Positions 63,034-64,000 of a stretch of DNA of 64,000 bases are shown piece by piece; within the stretch, counting starts at the first letter, position 1; every line of letters begins with the position of its first letter. The stretch lies in assembly GCA_965226485.1 (NCBI GenBank), contig OZ245363.1:2170817-2234816 (forward strand), written 5' to 3'. Under the pieces are notes generated by a model. That model was not told the origin of the DNA, ran no database searches, and saw nothing but the letters and a program-made list of their open reading frames with translations. The DNA is from Spirochaetaceae bacterium (GTDB taxonomy: Bacteria > Spirochaetota > Spirochaetia > DSM-2461). The translations under genes were made by a program, and so were the position numbers.

Positions 63034-64000
63034 TCAATTCCCTATTGTCGCGAGCATCACGGCCTTGATTGTGTGCATTCTATTCTCTGCCTGATCGAAT
63101 ACCGCGGATTGCCTTGAGCGGAATACCATGTCACTGACTTCCATGGAATCTAGCCCATGTTCGTCGAATACCCTCTTCCCTATTATTGTTTCGGTATCAT
63201 GAAAGGCCGGAAGACAGTGCATGAATAACGCCTGAGGATTACCTGTTTTCTCCATCAGGCCTGAATCAACCTTGTAGGGCCGAAGTAATGCTATCCGTTC
63301 GGTGAACTTATCCTCTTCGCCCAGGGATGCCCAAACGTCGGTATAAATCGCATCGGCACCGTTGACCCCACTGGCTATATCGTCGGTAACAACAATTTCC
63401 GCCCCGGTCTGAGTCGCCGTGTGCCGGGCATAGCCGATGATTTCCTCCGCCGGAAATAATTCTGATGGAGAAACGGCAGAGAAGGAGATACCCGTCTTTG
63501 CCGCACCTATCATTAAGGAATTTCCAATGTTGTTGCGGGCATCACCGACGAAAGCAATTTTCATATCCGAAAAGGGCTTCTTGAGCCGCTCCTTAAGAGT
63601 CATCATATCGGCCAGTATCTGAGTGGGGTGGTAGAGATCGGTCAGGCCATTCCACACAGGAACTCCCGCATGTTTCGCGATAAGCTCGACAGTTTCCTGA
63701 TGGAAGCCTCTAAACTCTATGCCGTCATAATAACGGCCAAGAACCTTGGCCGTATCCTCGATGGATTCCTTTTTGCCCATCTGGCTATTCGTCAGGAAAG
63801 TTACATTGCCACCTTCATCATGTACGGCAACCTCGAAGGCACAACGGGTGCGTGTGGATGCTTTCTCGAAAATTAGAATTATGTTCTTGCCTTCCAGCCC
63901 CTTCCCGCGAATGCCAGCAAGTTTTTCGGCCTTCAGGGATATGGCGTAATCAATTAAGAAGAAGATCTCCTCGGAACTGTAATCACGTAACGCTAAAAGC
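63034..64000 (-). CDS. argF: Ornithine carbamoyltransferase (5' end beyond window)
   Basis: [33 protein letters not shown]; frame open to the window edge. Confidence 0.95.
   Translation of the reverse strand, partial: LLALRDYSSEEIFFLIDYAISLKAEKLAGIRGKGLEGKNIILIFEKASTRTRCAFEVAVHDEGGNVTFLTNSQMGKKESIEDTAKVLGRYYDGIEFRGFHQETVELIAKHAGVPVWNGLTDLYHPTQILADMMTLKERLKKPFSDMKIAFVGDARNNIGNSLMIGAAKTGISFSAVSPSELFPAEEIIGYARHTATQTGAEIVVTDDIASGVNGADAIYTDVWASLGEEDKFTERIALLRPYKVDSGLMEKTGNPQALFMHCLPAFHDTETIIGKRVFDEHGLDSMEVSDMVFRSRQSAVFDQAENRMHTIKAVMLATIGN

Overview
A bacterial chromosome segment, probably from a spirochaete (inferred from an Msp-like outer-membrane protein, spirochaete-type lipoproteins and gene content). 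Intact housekeeping blocks are fabH-G-F-Z-V, trpS, a TAXI TRAP transporter, leuS, glmS, an RND efflux pair, yejABEF, ilvC and argF. Between them lies heavily repeat-invaded, decaying DNA. (1) A ~4.3 kb mosaic hairpin tandem array of about 45 shuffled units (14.3-18.7 kb). (2) Three arrays of a 47-bp palindromic unit (35.1, 39.5-40.5, 58.7-61.1 kb). The first two flank a defective DUF6431/transposase/ExeA element that itself contains an intact IS21. (3) An AT-rich, integrase-less cassette array (29.7-35.0 kb) with attC-like hairpins, a duplicated methyltransferase cassette, a dead toxin-antitoxin cassette and a repeated 196-bp ORF-less unit. (4) A solo gene cassette with a canonical attC about 19 bp behind the glmS stop codon. 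(5) A lone truncated type I-C-like CRISPR repeat inside a 38-bp duplication. (6) A MITE family, an unclassified IS1-like element with miniature and solo ends, remnants of ISL3, IS30, IS630 and IS5-like elements, and a probable group II intron fragment. No rRNA, tRNA, cas or integrase gene was seen. All calls come from reading the sequence by eye; no searches were run.
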